DNA of 64,000 nt from Candidatus Udaeobacter sp. (GCA_036278715.1 DASUKN010000105.1:6042-70041); one strand, 5' to 3'. Counted from the stretch's first letter, positions 36,198 through 45,968 are shown. Notes: generated by a model not told the origin, from the sequence alone. Translations and numbers: made by a program.

Positions 36198-36287
36198 GTG
36201 CAAAAGCGGCGCAACAGCGCCGCAGTCCAAAACGTGGCCGTCGTTCAGGAGGTATCTTCGGCTTCGCTTTTTGGAGTGCGCCGGTGC
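36198..36287. repeat. Intergenic copy of the HSK/LECGG-type hairpin repeat
   Basis: The minus-strand reading gives PAHSKKRSRRYLLNDGHVLDCGAVAPLL. Arms gcactccaaaa / ttttggactgc are inverted repeats. Confidence 0.55.
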
Positions 36288-36374
36288 TCCGGCGGCTTTC
36301 CGGGCTATACCGCACCACCAGCGTGGGTTGTTAGCCACCGCAAGCCGGCGACCGCTATCAGTCGGGTTCTGTAA

Positions 36375-36944
36375 CTATTGACCTTTTGCCCAGCCGATCA
36401 CACCACACGCAATGCGCGCGCCTGAATCGCCGGATGGTTGTGTCTTCAGATCGTCCGGTTTTGCGTGGACAACGACCGAGCGGCCAATCGCCGATTTCGC
36501 ATCGTTCGCCAGCGAAATCTGATGATCTACGTAATCGAGCTTCGCATTGCCGGAAGCGTCCGCCTCCACATTGCCCATGTCACCCTCGTGCCGCGCGGCT
36601 GCGTCAGGCCCGGCATGGGGTTGGTTGCTGGGATTGAAATGCGCGCCAGCGGAGCTGCCATCGGCTGCACTGCAATCGCCAAACTCATGGACATGGAAAC
36701 CGTGGTTGCCGGGCGTGAGCCCGGAAATTTCCGCGTGCACCCGCACTCCACCAGCAACGGGCGTGAATGTTACGGTTCCGCTGACTTTGTTGCCGGCGAT
36801 GGGATGCAACACTGCAATGCCCTTTGCTGCCACGGATTTCTCCGCGGGTGTTTGCGCCAGCGCGATCAAACCGGTGAATGCTGCAAGCACGAGCCCGATG
36901 AAGAAAGCTTTGAATGTGTTCATATTAGCATTTGTATTTCGCAC
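36375..36944 (-). CDS. sodC: Superoxide dismutase [Cu-Zn], periplasmic
   Basis: Signal peptide, HGFHVHEFGDCS, GDMGN, ARIACGVI. The start may be the downstream ATG at 36923 (MNTFKAFFIG). Confidence 0.9.
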   Translation of the reverse strand: MRNTNANMNTFKAFFIGLVLAAFTGLIALAQTPAEKSVAAKGIAVLHPIAGNKVSGTVTFTPVAGGVRVHAEISGLTPGNHGFHVHEFGDCSAADGSSAGAHFNPSNQPHAGPDAAARHEGDMGNVEADASGNAKLDYVDHQISLANDAKSAIGRSVVVHAKPDDLKTQPSGDSGARIACGVIGWAKGQ

Positions 36945-37057
36945 GAGTCGGCGCGTCCAGTCGCATCAAAGTTGGCGGCGCGGGTAATACCAAACTTGGA
37001 CGACAACCCGGTGATGCGGACGCTCACTCACCCCGACGAGCAAGCTGCGCGATTGCC

Positions 37058-37291
37058 CTAAGCGCGATCTTTCAATTGCGTCGCGCCTGACGTCCGTGCG
37101 CAGTGGACGCAGCAAAAGATGTTTCCATCCGCTTCCACACCGTGACCAACAATGCGGCAGTTGCAGTGCGGGCAAACAGGCGCCAGCGCGTGGATCGCGC
37201 ACTCGAAGCTATCGAAGGTGTGACGTTCTCCGCCAATGACAACTTCAAACGCCTTGTCATAATCGTTCTCGCAAACTTCACATGTAGCCAT
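37058..37291 (-). CDS. Small cysteine-rich (putative metal-binding) protein
   Basis: 77 aa. CEVCENDYD...FDSFECAIHALAPVCPHCNCRIVGHG...FCCVHCA. Nine Cys and several His. Confidence 0.5.
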   Translation of the reverse strand: MATCEVCENDYDKAFEVVIGGERHTFDSFECAIHALAPVCPHCNCRIVGHGVEADGNIFCCVHCARTSGATQLKDRA

Positions 37292-37535
37292 ACAGAATTC
37301 CTTCGCGCGAGATGGGGCTCGCGGCGGTGTACATTTTCCGTTGCAAATGGAATTCAGCGGCCAACCGCAGGCATCTCAGGGCTGCGCGCAAAATTAGCCT
37401 CCGGAACTCCGGTCCAGCGGTGAGTGTGCCGGGTCCGTTCGTTACCCTTACGCTACAGCGCGAAGCCAAAGAGCAGCGCGTCTTCCGCCAGTAGAGATGA
37501 CTCGGGAAAGTGATACTTTTGACCGGAGACACGCC

Positions 37536-38021
37536 ATGGAGATACCGAAACAACTGATCGATTGCTTGAATGAATACAAGGTGCCGTACGAAACTTTACG
37601 CCACTCCGAAGCAGTCACGGCGCAACGGATCGCTCAAGCCGAGCACATCAAGGGCCGGCATCAAGCGAAAGTCGTGATGCTGAAATCTGCGGATCAATAT
37701 TTGATGGCCGTGCTGTCAGCAGATCACCACATCGACATGGAAAAAATTGAGAGGACGATCGGAAAACCTGTCTCTCTTGCCAGGGAAACTGAATTCAAAT
37801 CACTGTTCCCGGATTCCGTGATCGGAGCGATGCCTCCGTTTGGGAATCTTTACGGTCTGCAGACTTACGTCGACAAAGATCTGGCCGAACAAGACTATAT
37901 CGTGTTCGAAGCCGGCACTCACACTGACGGCATAAAAATGAGCTACAGCGATTATGCCCGGATCGTGAAGCCAACGGTGGGAGATCTGGCGATTAAACTT
38001 CACCCCATGAAAGGAGCTTGA
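37536..38021 (+). CDS. YbaK/EbsC-type aminoacyl-tRNA editing (deacylase) domain protein
   Basis: Start moved to ATG 37536. AKVVMLKSADQYLMAVLSADHHIDMEKIE and GAMPPFGNLYGL resemble YbaK/ProX-like domains. Confidence 0.6.
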   Translation: MEIPKQLIDCLNEYKVPYETLRHSEAVTAQRIAQAEHIKGRHQAKVVMLKSADQYLMAVLSADHHIDMEKIERTIGKPVSLARETEFKSLFPDSVIGAMPPFGNLYGLQTYVDKDLAEQDYIVFEAGTHTDGIKMSYSDYARIVKPTVGDLAIKLHPMKGA

Positions 38022-38028
38022 GCTGACG

Positions 38029-39390
38029 ATGGGTGGCGGAGCTCTGCGACGCCGATCGAAGGAATGCGAGCGTTATTCGCGAGCTCCCGGAGCTCGTCCC
38101 TCCATTTGCGTCCTTGCTCTGCTGCTCTGTCTCGCCAGCGCATCGGCGTCGGAGGCTTTAGCTGCGGATAGAGTTGGTTTCATCAACGTCGACGGCGCGA
38201 TCGGACCTGCGACAGCAAGTTATATTTCGCGAAGCATCGAAGAAGCGAAGGCACAAAATGTCGGCTGCCTGGTGATTCAGCTTAATACGCCGGGCGGTCT
38301 GCTCGATTCGACGCAGAAAATCGTGCAAAGCTTCCTCGGCTCTCCGGTGCCGATCGTCGTGTATGTTGCGCCGACTGGCGCGACGGCAACCAGCGCCGGC
38401 TGTTTTATTACGCTCGCGGCTAATGTCGCCGCAATGGCGCCCGCCACCACGATCGGCGCGGCGCATCCGGTTTCCATCGGCGGTTTCCCTGGCGGCGGCG
38501 AAGAAAAGCCCGACGAAACCATGAAGCAGAAGCTTGAGAACTTTTCCGTCAGCTACATGGAAACCATCGCGGGCAAGCGGCAGCGCAACGTTGAATGGGC
38601 AAAGTCCGCCGTAAAAGAGAGCGCTTCGATCACCGCGCAGAAGGCGCTGGAATTGAAAGTCATTGATTTGATCGCGACCGATATGAACGATCTCCTCCAA
38701 AAACTGAACGGACGTGTCGTGGAGGGAAAACCGCTGAACACTAGCGGGGCGCAAGTGATTGAGATTAAGATGTCGCCGGCCGAGCGTGTATTTCAAAAGC
38801 TGTGGCGACCGGAAGTCATGTTCATCCTTATGCTGGTCGCGATCTACGGAATCATCGGAGAACTGAGTTCGCCCGGAGCAATTCTTCCCGGCGTGGTTGG
38901 AGCGATTGCGTTGATTCTGGCGCTTTATCTGGCGGCGATCCTGCCGGTCAACGTGGCGGGACTCGTGTTGATCGCGCTGGCGATGGCTCTTTTCATCTTT
39001 GATTTATACACGCCTACACACGGGGTGCTCACGGTGGGCGGAATTATTGCGTTTCTGATTGGCTCGCTCATGCTATTTAATCGAGCAGATCCACTTTTTC
39101 GTTTGTCATTGAGCTTCATCATTCCTGCAACACTCGTCACCGCGGCCTTCTTCGTTTTTGTCATCGGAAAAGGAGTGCGCGCACAAATGCTGCCGATAAA
39201 AGTTGGTAAAGAAACGCTTATCGGAAGAACTGTGACCACCGTAACTCCGGTTGATTCGCGCAACGGGAGAATTTTTGTCGAAGGCGAATACTGGAACGCG
39301 GTCAGCGATTCACCAATTGGAAAAGACGAAGAAGCTGAGATTACGGCGGTGCAGGGCTTAACCTTGAAATTGAAGAGAAGACCTCATTGA
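38029..39390 (+). CDS. NfeD family membrane-bound ClpP-class serine protease
   Basis: N-terminal ClpP-like domain (INVDGAIGPATASY, LNTPGGL, SAGCFI), four to five TM helices, C-terminal OB-fold NfeD domain (GRIFVEGEYWNAVS). Confidence 0.8.
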   Translation: MGGGALRRRSKECERYSRAPGARPSICVLALLLCLASASASEALAADRVGFINVDGAIGPATASYISRSIEEAKAQNVGCLVIQLNTPGGLLDSTQKIVQSFLGSPVPIVVYVAPTGATATSAGCFITLAANVAAMAPATTIGAAHPVSIGGFPGGGEEKPDETMKQKLENFSVSYMETIAGKRQRNVEWAKSAVKESASITAQKALELKVIDLIATDMNDLLQKLNGRVVEGKPLNTSGAQVIEIKMSPAERVFQKLWRPEVMFILMLVAIYGIIGELSSPGAILPGVVGAIALILALYLAAILPVNVAGLVLIALAMALFIFDLYTPTHGVLTVGGIIAFLIGSLMLFNRADPLFRLSLSFIIPATLVTAAFFVFVIGKGVRAQMLPIKVGKETLIGRTVTTVTPVDSRNGRIFVEGEYWNAVSDSPIGKDEEAEITAVQGLTLKLKRRPH

Positions 39391-39573
39391 GAACATCAAT
39401 GCACGCAACAAATCTGGATGAGGATGGGTTGTATGCAGGGAGACGTAGGCTGAACGAGAACCCGACTCCTGAAGGCTTAATGAAAAATCTCGCCTTGACG
39501 ATTGCGGTCTTATTTCCGATATAGGCGCCTGTCCTGCGTCGGTTTGGGTTGCGTGGGGCTGCGCTTCTGACAT

Positions 39574-41907
39574 ATGCAACGTTTTTGTGGATGGATGCGC
39601 CCCCCGCCGATTGCGATCTGGGTCGCCTCCTTTTGTACGCTTTTTACTGCCATAGTGGTCCGGGCACAGGCGCCTCCGTCGGCTCCCGGTCCGCCCGTGA
39701 TCCGTTCCCTCGAGGTCCAGTACACAGGGCCCGCAACGATTAGCAAAGAGCGGATTCTGGCGCAGATGCGCACAAAAGTCGGCCAGGTGTATTCGAACGA
39801 AATCGTGCAGGAAGACATCAAGACGCTGTACAAAACCGGCTACATTCGAAACGTCCGAATCTATGCGCAGCCAGAAGGGGATGGCGTGAAGGTGATTGTT
39901 GCCGTGCAGACCCGCGCGATTGTGCGCGAAATCGAAATTACCGGCGCGGAACGGGTCAAACCAAAAAGACTGCGCAAAGAAATCAAAGTGCAGCTCAATC
40001 ATGCGGTTGACGAACAGGCACTCGAGGAATCCCGCGAAAAAATGATTGAAGTTTACCAGTCGCACGGATTCAACGACGTCACGATTGAATTCCGCGTAGA
40101 TCCAATCGACGAGAAGCGCGGCACCGCGCGTGTCGTTTTCAGTGTTAACGAAGGCGTTAGAGGTGCGATAAGCCAGGTTCGTTTTGAGGGCAACGCGCAC
40201 ATTAAGACTGCCACACTGCGCAAACAGATGAAAACCCGCGGCAGATCCCTCATCTATTTCATGGATAAGACGGGCCGGTTGGATGAAGTGCAGTTAGAGC
40301 AGGACCTCGATAAAATCCGCGAATATTACCAAAACCACGGCTTCATCGACGTGGAAATAAAAGAGGTGCGTAAAGATCGCACTCCGAAGGGCCCGATGAT
40401 TATCACGATCGTGATAGTGGAGGGTCCACAATATCATGTCCGTAACCTCGCAATTACCGGTTACCAGCACAGCTCCGAGAAATTGATTCGCGCCTTTCTA
40501 AAAATGAAAGAGGGCAGCGTTTATTCGCCAAAGCAACTGCATGATGACGCCAAGGCGGTGGCCGACGCGTACGGCAGCGGAGGCTACGTCGATCTGGTGA
40601 TTACACCCGAGGCGATACCGGCCGGACCAACTCTCGTCGACATTCACTACAACATCGATGAGGGCACGCGCTCGTTTGTGAACCGGATAGATATTCAGGG
40701 CAACACCCGCACAAAGGACAAGGTTATCCGTCGCGAAGTGCTGGTCGCTCCGGGAGACGTTTTCAACACGGTTCGTGTAGACACTACGAAGAAGCGTCTG
40801 GAAAACCTGGGTTACTTCGCGAAAGTCGAGACGTATCCCGAGGATACAGATATACCCGGTCGGAAAGATCTGACGATCCTCGTCCGCGAAAAGCGCACCG
40901 GTTCACTTAGCTTTGGAGGTGGCTTCAGCACGGTCGATAAATTGGTTGGGTTCGCGGAACTTACCCAGGGCAATTTCGATCTGTTTAACTGGCCGTCGTT
41001 TACTGGCGGCGGGCAGAAGTTCCGTTTGCGTCTCCAATACGGCACCGAGCGTAAAGATTTTATTCTGGCGATTACAGAACCATATTTGTTCGACCGGCGC
41101 CTCGCGCTCACTGGCCAGGCCTTTTACACCGAAGCGAATTACCTGAGTTCTCAGTATGACCAGCGTAATTACGGATTCACGTTCGAGATACGCAAGCCGA
41201 TCGGCACTAACATGTATGGAACGTTGGGGTACACCCTGCAGGACATCGACATTTTCAACGTGGATCCCAGTGCGTCTGTATTCATCCTGTCCCAGGCTGG
41301 GTCGACCGTCGAAAGCAAAATCTTCTCCAGCCTCGTTTTCGATACGCGTGACAACCCGTTGCTCACTCGTAAAGGACAACGAGTAACTCTTTCTCCGACT
41401 CTCACCGGTGGATTTCTTGGAGGTGACACGCAGGTTTACGGACTCGATTTGGAAGGATCACAGTATTTCCATCTGCCATGGGACACCATCCTGCTGATCA
41501 ATGGGGAAATCGCGACGGTGAGCCAATGGGGAGCCGGCACCGACGTGCCAATTTACGAGCGGCTTTTCCTCGGCGGCTCAAACAACCTGCGAGGCTTCCC
41601 GTTCCGGGAAGTGGGACCAAAGGATGAAAACGGCGAACCGGAAGGGGGCCAATCCATGGCGCGCACCACGATCGAGTGGACTTTCCCGATCATCGAAAAA
41701 GCACGGGGCGCAGTTTTCTACGACATGGGATTTGTGAATAGCGACGCGTGGTCTTTTGGTTTCAACAACATGGCCTCGGATATCGGCGTCGGACTTCGGC
41801 TTGATCTGCCCATCGGTCCACTACGCCTTGATTATGGATACCCGATCATGCGTGACGGCTATCACGGTGGCGGCCATTTCAACTTCAATGTGGGCTATCA
41901 ATTTTGA
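39574..41907 (+). CDS. bamA: Outer membrane protein assembly factor BamA
   Basis: 777 aa. Five POTRA-like repeats (I..I.V.G, NEGxxY patterns). C-terminal 16-strand barrel ending in an aromatic residue (NVGYQF). Confidence 0.9.
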   Translation: MQRFCGWMRPPPIAIWVASFCTLFTAIVVRAQAPPSAPGPPVIRSLEVQYTGPATISKERILAQMRTKVGQVYSNEIVQEDIKTLYKTGYIRNVRIYAQPEGDGVKVIVAVQTRAIVREIEITGAERVKPKRLRKEIKVQLNHAVDEQALEESREKMIEVYQSHGFNDVTIEFRVDPIDEKRGTARVVFSVNEGVRGAISQVRFEGNAHIKTATLRKQMKTRGRSLIYFMDKTGRLDEVQLEQDLDKIREYYQNHGFIDVEIKEVRKDRTPKGPMIITIVIVEGPQYHVRNLAITGYQHSSEKLIRAFLKMKEGSVYSPKQLHDDAKAVADAYGSGGYVDLVITPEAIPAGPTLVDIHYNIDEGTRSFVNRIDIQGNTRTKDKVIRREVLVAPGDVFNTVRVDTTKKRLENLGYFAKVETYPEDTDIPGRKDLTILVREKRTGSLSFGGGFSTVDKLVGFAELTQGNFDLFNWPSFTGGGQKFRLRLQYGTERKDFILAITEPYLFDRRLALTGQAFYTEANYLSSQYDQRNYGFTFEIRKPIGTNMYGTLGYTLQDIDIFNVDPSASVFILSQAGSTVESKIFSSLVFDTRDNPLLTRKGQRVTLSPTLTGGFLGGDTQVYGLDLEGSQYFHLPWDTILLINGEIATVSQWGAGTDVPIYERLFLGGSNNLRGFPFREVGPKDENGEPEGGQSMARTTIEWTFPIIEKARGAVFYDMGFVNSDAWSFGFNNMASDIGVGLRLDLPIGPLRLDYGYPIMRDGYHGGGHFNFNVGYQF

Positions 41908-41962
41908 ACGAATATATCAGGTTGCAGTCTAACGCGTTTCGTCCACCATATCCTCTGTTTCT

Positions 41963-42601
41963 ATGAAAAAGTCTCTGTTAATACTCTCCGCGCTGACGCT
42001 TGCTGCTCCGATTGGGGCCTTCGCCCAGGGCAAAATTGGAACGGTCGATATGCAGCGTGCGTTCAAGGATTACAACAAGACCAAGGATGCCGAGGCAAAG
42101 ATTAACGAAGCCAAAAATGCTGCTAAAAAGGAATACGACGACCGGGCGGAAGCTTACAAAAAGGCGCTCGACGAAATCAATAATCTCAACAAGCAGCTTG
42201 AGTCTCCAGCACTGAGCGCTGACAAGAAAACCGGGATGGCGAAGGAACGCGATGAAAAAATCGCCAATATCAAAAGCATGGAGCGCGAGATCAGTGATTT
42301 TCGTCAGACGCGAGAACGCCAGTTGCAGGAGCAATTGATGCGGATGCGCGAGGGAATCGTGAAAGAAATCACCGACGTTGTTATCGAGAAAGTGAAGACC
42401 AAAAGCCTGGATTTTGTGCTGGATAAGTCGGGTATGAGCATCAACGGAGTTCCTGTGGTGATGTACTCGCCAGAGAATGTTGATTTCACGAACGAAATCA
42501 TTGAGACCCTGAACAAACCCGGTCGCGCTACAGCTTCGGCCAAACGGCCTGCGGCAGCTGCATCGGTCAGCCCTGCAGCAGCAAGAGCGACGAAACCCTG
42601 A
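41963..42601 (+). CDS. skp: OmpH/Skp family periplasmic chaperone
   Basis: Immediately downstream of bamA. Signal peptide, GKIGTVDMQRAF, long Lys/Glu-rich coiled coil. Confidence 0.8.
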   Translation: MKKSLLILSALTLAAPIGAFAQGKIGTVDMQRAFKDYNKTKDAEAKINEAKNAAKKEYDDRAEAYKKALDEINNLNKQLESPALSADKKTGMAKERDEKIANIKSMEREISDFRQTRERQLQEQLMRMREGIVKEITDVVIEKVKTKSLDFVLDKSGMSINGVPVVMYSPENVDFTNEIIETLNKPGRATASAKRPAAAASVSPAAARATKP

Positions 42602-42620
42602 CGTTCGCTTCGAATTTCAA

Positions 42621-42656
42621 AAATACACGCGGGCTAAACTCGCGTGTATTTTTTTG
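42621..42656 (+). terminator. Rho-independent terminator after skp
   Basis: aaatacacgcg-ggctaaact-cgcgtgtattt stem-loop followed by a T-run (ttttttg). Confidence 0.7.
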
Positions 42657-42717
42657 TACGGATGAGATCATCGGGCTGACACGTCGATGGTTGTCAGCAG
42701 CTGCGATCCTTCAGAGA

Positions 42718-43539
42718 ATGTTTTTTCGAACTGCATTGCTAACAACGAAATGCGCGATCGTGATTCTGCTCGCGTGCTCCACTGGTTCATTCGCTGCGGA
42801 TTGGCAGGCAACACTCAGCAAGGAGCCCGCTGGAAATTTCCCGGAGTTGCGCCCTTTGCGCGCATCCTACCGCTTCGGATGGTCGGGACTCACGGCGGCT
42901 ACGGGGGAGATTCATTTCAGCAGGCCATCAAACGACAAATTCCAACTCGACGGTACAGGGCGAACCATTGGCTTCGTTAGGGCGTTGTGGAAACTCGATG
43001 TCAATCAACGCGCCATTGCCAATTCACAAACATTGGCTCCTATTGAAACCCAGCAGACGGAGAGTTATCGATCGAAGAAATTAGTCACCCGCCTCACGTT
43101 CACCGACGGTGGAGTAACTCGAGTTCGCACAGAAGGAGAAGGCGCAGCCACCAAGACAACGACACGCGATTTCAAATTTCCTCACTTGTTCGATTTGCAT
43201 TCTGCGGCGCTTTACTTGCGCAGCCAGCCACTCAAAGAAGGAAGCGTTTATCGCCTCGCAGTTTACCCGGCCACGAACGCTTACCTCGCGACTATCAAAG
43301 TAACCGGCCGGGACAAGATCTCGGTACGGGCAGGCACTTACAACGCGATCAAGCTTGATCTGCGATTAAAACGCATCGGAAAGAATCTCCAACTGGAACC
43401 GCACAAGAAATTCCGTCGTGCCACAATCTGGGTGTCAGACGATGCCGAGCGGCTCATCCTCCGCATCGAAGCACAAATCTTCGTCGGCACAGTTTTCGCA
43501 GAACTGCAGTCAATGCACTTCGATAATCCGAAAGAGTAG
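42718..43539 (+). CDS. DUF3108 domain-containing protein
   Basis: Start moved to ATG 42718 (signal peptide MFFRTALLTTKCAIVILLACSTGSFA). ATIWVSDDAERLILRIEAQIFVGTVFAELQ resembles the DUF3108 C-terminal block. Confidence 0.6.
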   Translation: MFFRTALLTTKCAIVILLACSTGSFAADWQATLSKEPAGNFPELRPLRASYRFGWSGLTAATGEIHFSRPSNDKFQLDGTGRTIGFVRALWKLDVNQRAIANSQTLAPIETQQTESYRSKKLVTRLTFTDGGVTRVRTEGEGAATKTTTRDFKFPHLFDLHSAALYLRSQPLKEGSVYRLAVYPATNAYLATIKVTGRDKISVRAGTYNAIKLDLRLKRIGKNLQLEPHKKFRRATIWVSDDAERLILRIEAQIFVGTVFAELQSMHFDNPKE

Positions 43540-43582
43540 CGCATGCGTCTCGCTTGCGACGTTAACAAAAGCGCGCGCTACA

Positions 43583-44332
43583 TTAATCGGGTTCCCATTG
43601 ACCACGGACCGGCGGCCCGGGTGGTGGCCACATCCGCCGGCGATAAGGATTGTGAAACGGCTGGCGTGGCCCAGGCAACAACCGCAACGCGGAAAGGGTT
43701 TCCAGATCCAGCCGACCAGTTACGGACAGTCTCGCTTGCGCTTGATAGGCGCGTAGTGAGAGTTCCATCGCCGGTCCGTAGATCCCATCGATTTGCTCGC
43801 GATACAGTCCGCTCCGGGAGAGGGCGATCTGCGCGGAGACGATCACATTTCGTTGCACGCCGGGTGGAGCACTCTGAAATGGGGTGCCCGCAAAGACCCC
43901 TGCCGATGACCCGGACGGACTCATCGGAGTTGATGGAAAAACCTGCTGCCCTGGTGGAACATTGCCGAAAGGCTGAACCGGAGGGGCTGGACTTGCGGTT
44001 TGGGTATCGTCGGAAGGCGGCTCGCTCGGCACAGCACCGGTCGCAGGAGTCGGTGACGCCGTGTTGGTGATTGGTGGAGATGATCCAGAAGATTTAATCC
44101 GGAGCGATCGCAACGTCTCATCATTGAGTTCACCGGTGACCTGCAGGCCGTTGCGAATTTGATAACGACGAATCGCTGCAGTGAGATTCGCATTCGTGTC
44201 GCCATTGACTTCACCGTAGTAGAAACCCTCGTCCTTCAACGCCTGCTGCACGCTTTCGACGAGTTGGTCCGCCCGCATCAGCATTACCGACCCAATGAAG
44301 ATCACTACGGTCACTGTGATTCTCACGCTCAT
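43583..44332 (-). CDS. Protein with two peptidoglycan-binding (PG_binding_1) domains
   Basis: LKDEGFYYGEVNGDTNANLTAAIRRYQIRNGLQVTGELNDETL and LSRSGLYREQIDGIYGPAMELSLRAYQAQARLSVTGRLDLETL, separated by a Pro/Ser-rich linker. Confidence 0.75.
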   Translation of the reverse strand: MSVRITVTVVIFIGSVMLMRADQLVESVQQALKDEGFYYGEVNGDTNANLTAAIRRYQIRNGLQVTGELNDETLRSLRIKSSGSSPPITNTASPTPATGAVPSEPPSDDTQTASPAPPVQPFGNVPPGQQVFPSTPMSPSGSSAGVFAGTPFQSAPPGVQRNVIVSAQIALSRSGLYREQIDGIYGPAMELSLRAYQAQARLSVTGRLDLETLSALRLLPGPRQPFHNPYRRRMWPPPGPPVRGQWEPD

Positions 44333-44352
44333 GCGACGTCGAATTCTCCCAG

Positions 44353-45150
44353 CTATTCAGCGCTCTTCTGAGCCGTGTCTGCCGATCCGGATTCCCGCTG
44401 ACTGATCACGTCGCGATATCGCACGATGCCGTCGGTAATCGCTGCCGCTAACTGGTCGCGATAATCTTCACTCGCAAGTTTCGATAGCTCGTCCTTGTTC
44501 GTGATAAAGCCGCCCTCAATCAAGACCGCAGGAGATGTCACGTTTGCGATCACAAAAAATTGTTTGGCTTGCGTCCCGCGATCGATGGATCGGGTTCGCG
44601 CCACCAATGCTTCCTGAATGAAACTGGCGAGACTTTGGCTTTCCGGCCTCGGTGAATTAGATGGCGGCCGCGAAAAAAATGGCAGCCACGAAGCGAGAGT
44701 AGAACTGTAGCCGACCTGATGCGCCGCATAATACGTTTCAACACCACTGGCGACTGGTTTGTTGTCTTCATTAAAATGAATACTGATAAAAATGCTGTCG
44801 TTCGCCCGATTCCCGAACGCAGCCCGGTCGGCCAGCGAGACATAGCTGTCCCCGAGCCGGGTCATCAATGTGGCAATCCCTCGAGCATCCAGGAGCCGAT
44901 CGACGCGGCGCGCTACGTCCAGCGTCAGATCTTTTTCTACGACGCCGCCACACATCGCTCCGGAATCCTGACCACCGTGTCCAGGGTCAAGAACCACGAC
45001 TGCGAATGGCTTGCGTCCCTGTGGCTGAGTAGCCCTTGATCCTTTATAAACCGCCGGTCGCTTCTCCTGGTGCAAGGAAATCCAGACAAGCGAGACAATC
45101 ATCAGCAACAAGCCGGCGACCGCCACCACATTCCTCAAGGCTTGTTTCAT
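44353..45150 (-). CDS. N-acetylmuramoyl-L-alanine amidase (Amidase_3, AmiA/B/C-like)
   Basis: TM anchor, VVLDPGHGGQDSGA, SIHFNE, EGGFITN. Confidence 0.85.
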   Translation of the reverse strand: MKQALRNVVAVAGLLLMIVSLVWISLHQEKRPAVYKGSRATQPQGRKPFAVVVLDPGHGGQDSGAMCGGVVEKDLTLDVARRVDRLLDARGIATLMTRLGDSYVSLADRAAFGNRANDSIFISIHFNEDNKPVASGVETYYAAHQVGYSSTLASWLPFFSRPPSNSPRPESQSLASFIQEALVARTRSIDRGTQAKQFFVIANVTSPAVLIEGGFITNKDELSKLASEDYRDQLAAAITDGIVRYRDVISQRESGSADTAQKSAE

Positions 45151-45188
45151 TCGTGATTCCCGTGAGAAAAATTGAGTTCATCATTTAA

Positions 45189-45968
45189 TCACTGAGAAAT
45201 GATGGAGCGCAATTCCTTATCTGCCAGCGGGCGATATCGAATCGGTGTGCTGCCATCGCGCTGCAGCACTGCGGCTTCTACCGCAGCAATCGCGAGTTGT
45301 TCCTGGCGATGTTGCGCGATGGCATCGCGCGCCGGCAACTCTTTCGTCTCGCCCGCTTGCAACAACATGTGACCAACACTCCATGCGTCGAGTGCCGAGT
45401 TCACTGCCGTTTCCAAGCTGGCATCCGGTTTGTGCTCGGCTTTGAGAAATGCTTCCATGAATTCGACCGATTGGCGCGTCCCGCTGAGCACGGCAAAATC
45501 TTGTCGCGCTCGCGAATACGTCGCACCGTTGCTTGCGATCTCGCCGTCGTATTCAACTCGCAAAAACAAATCGTCCTCGGGACGCGCGCCTACCTCCGCG
45601 AAAAGCATGCGCGCCAGATACGGAGCACCGTAGACCTGCTCGAAAGCGCTCTTCATGACCGGGCTGAGCGAATAATGCGCGAGCCGCCGCAGCGAAACAT
45701 CCGCCGCCGAGCGCGTGAAACCCTCGGTGCTCGCCAGTTCAATGGCGGCCATTCGTAAACGCTCGATATCGCCGGGATGGCCGATCGCTCCCATTGCAAT
45801 ACGATCGTAAATCTCGAAAAGTTTCTGGCGCGTCTGTCCAAGCGTGACAAACAGGATGCCTTCGCCGTAACCCAGCGCCGCGATGGGACTACCAGGGGCG
45901 AGCTGTCCTTCGATGTACTCGCGCCGGTTGGCGATCGCTTCAACCCAACGATACGGCTCCTCAATCAT
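45189..45968 (-). CDS. prcA: 20S proteasome alpha subunit (bacterial PrcA type)
   Basis: Resembles actinobacterial PrcA: GSPIAALGYGEGILFV, KLFEIYDRIAMGAIGHPGD, RVEYDGE. The start overlaps the prcB stop (ATGA). Confidence 0.8.
   Translation of the reverse strand: MIEEPYRWVEAIANRREYIEGQLAPGSPIAALGYGEGILFVTLGQTRQKLFEIYDRIAMGAIGHPGDIERLRMAAIELASTEGFTRSAADVSLRRLAHYSLSPVMKSAFEQVYGAPYLARMLFAEVGARPEDDLFLRVEYDGEIASNGATYSRARQDFAVLSGTRQSVEFMEAFLKAEHKPDASLETAVNSALDAWSVGHMLLQAGETKELPARDAIAQHRQEQLAIAAVEAAVLQRDGSTPIRYRPLADKELRSIISQ

Noticed and set aside
39358-40200. 280-aa minus-strand ORF overlapping the bamA 5' region. A similar one lies at 38158-38796 inside nfeD.
   Set aside because: Both are antisense to strongly supported genes (POTRA repeats; ClpP-like domain) and have no motifs of their own.
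43543-44070. 175-aa plus-strand ORF.
   Set aside because: It is antisense to ORF 43583..44332, which contains two clear PG_binding_1 domains. The plus-strand product is Arg-rich with no motif.
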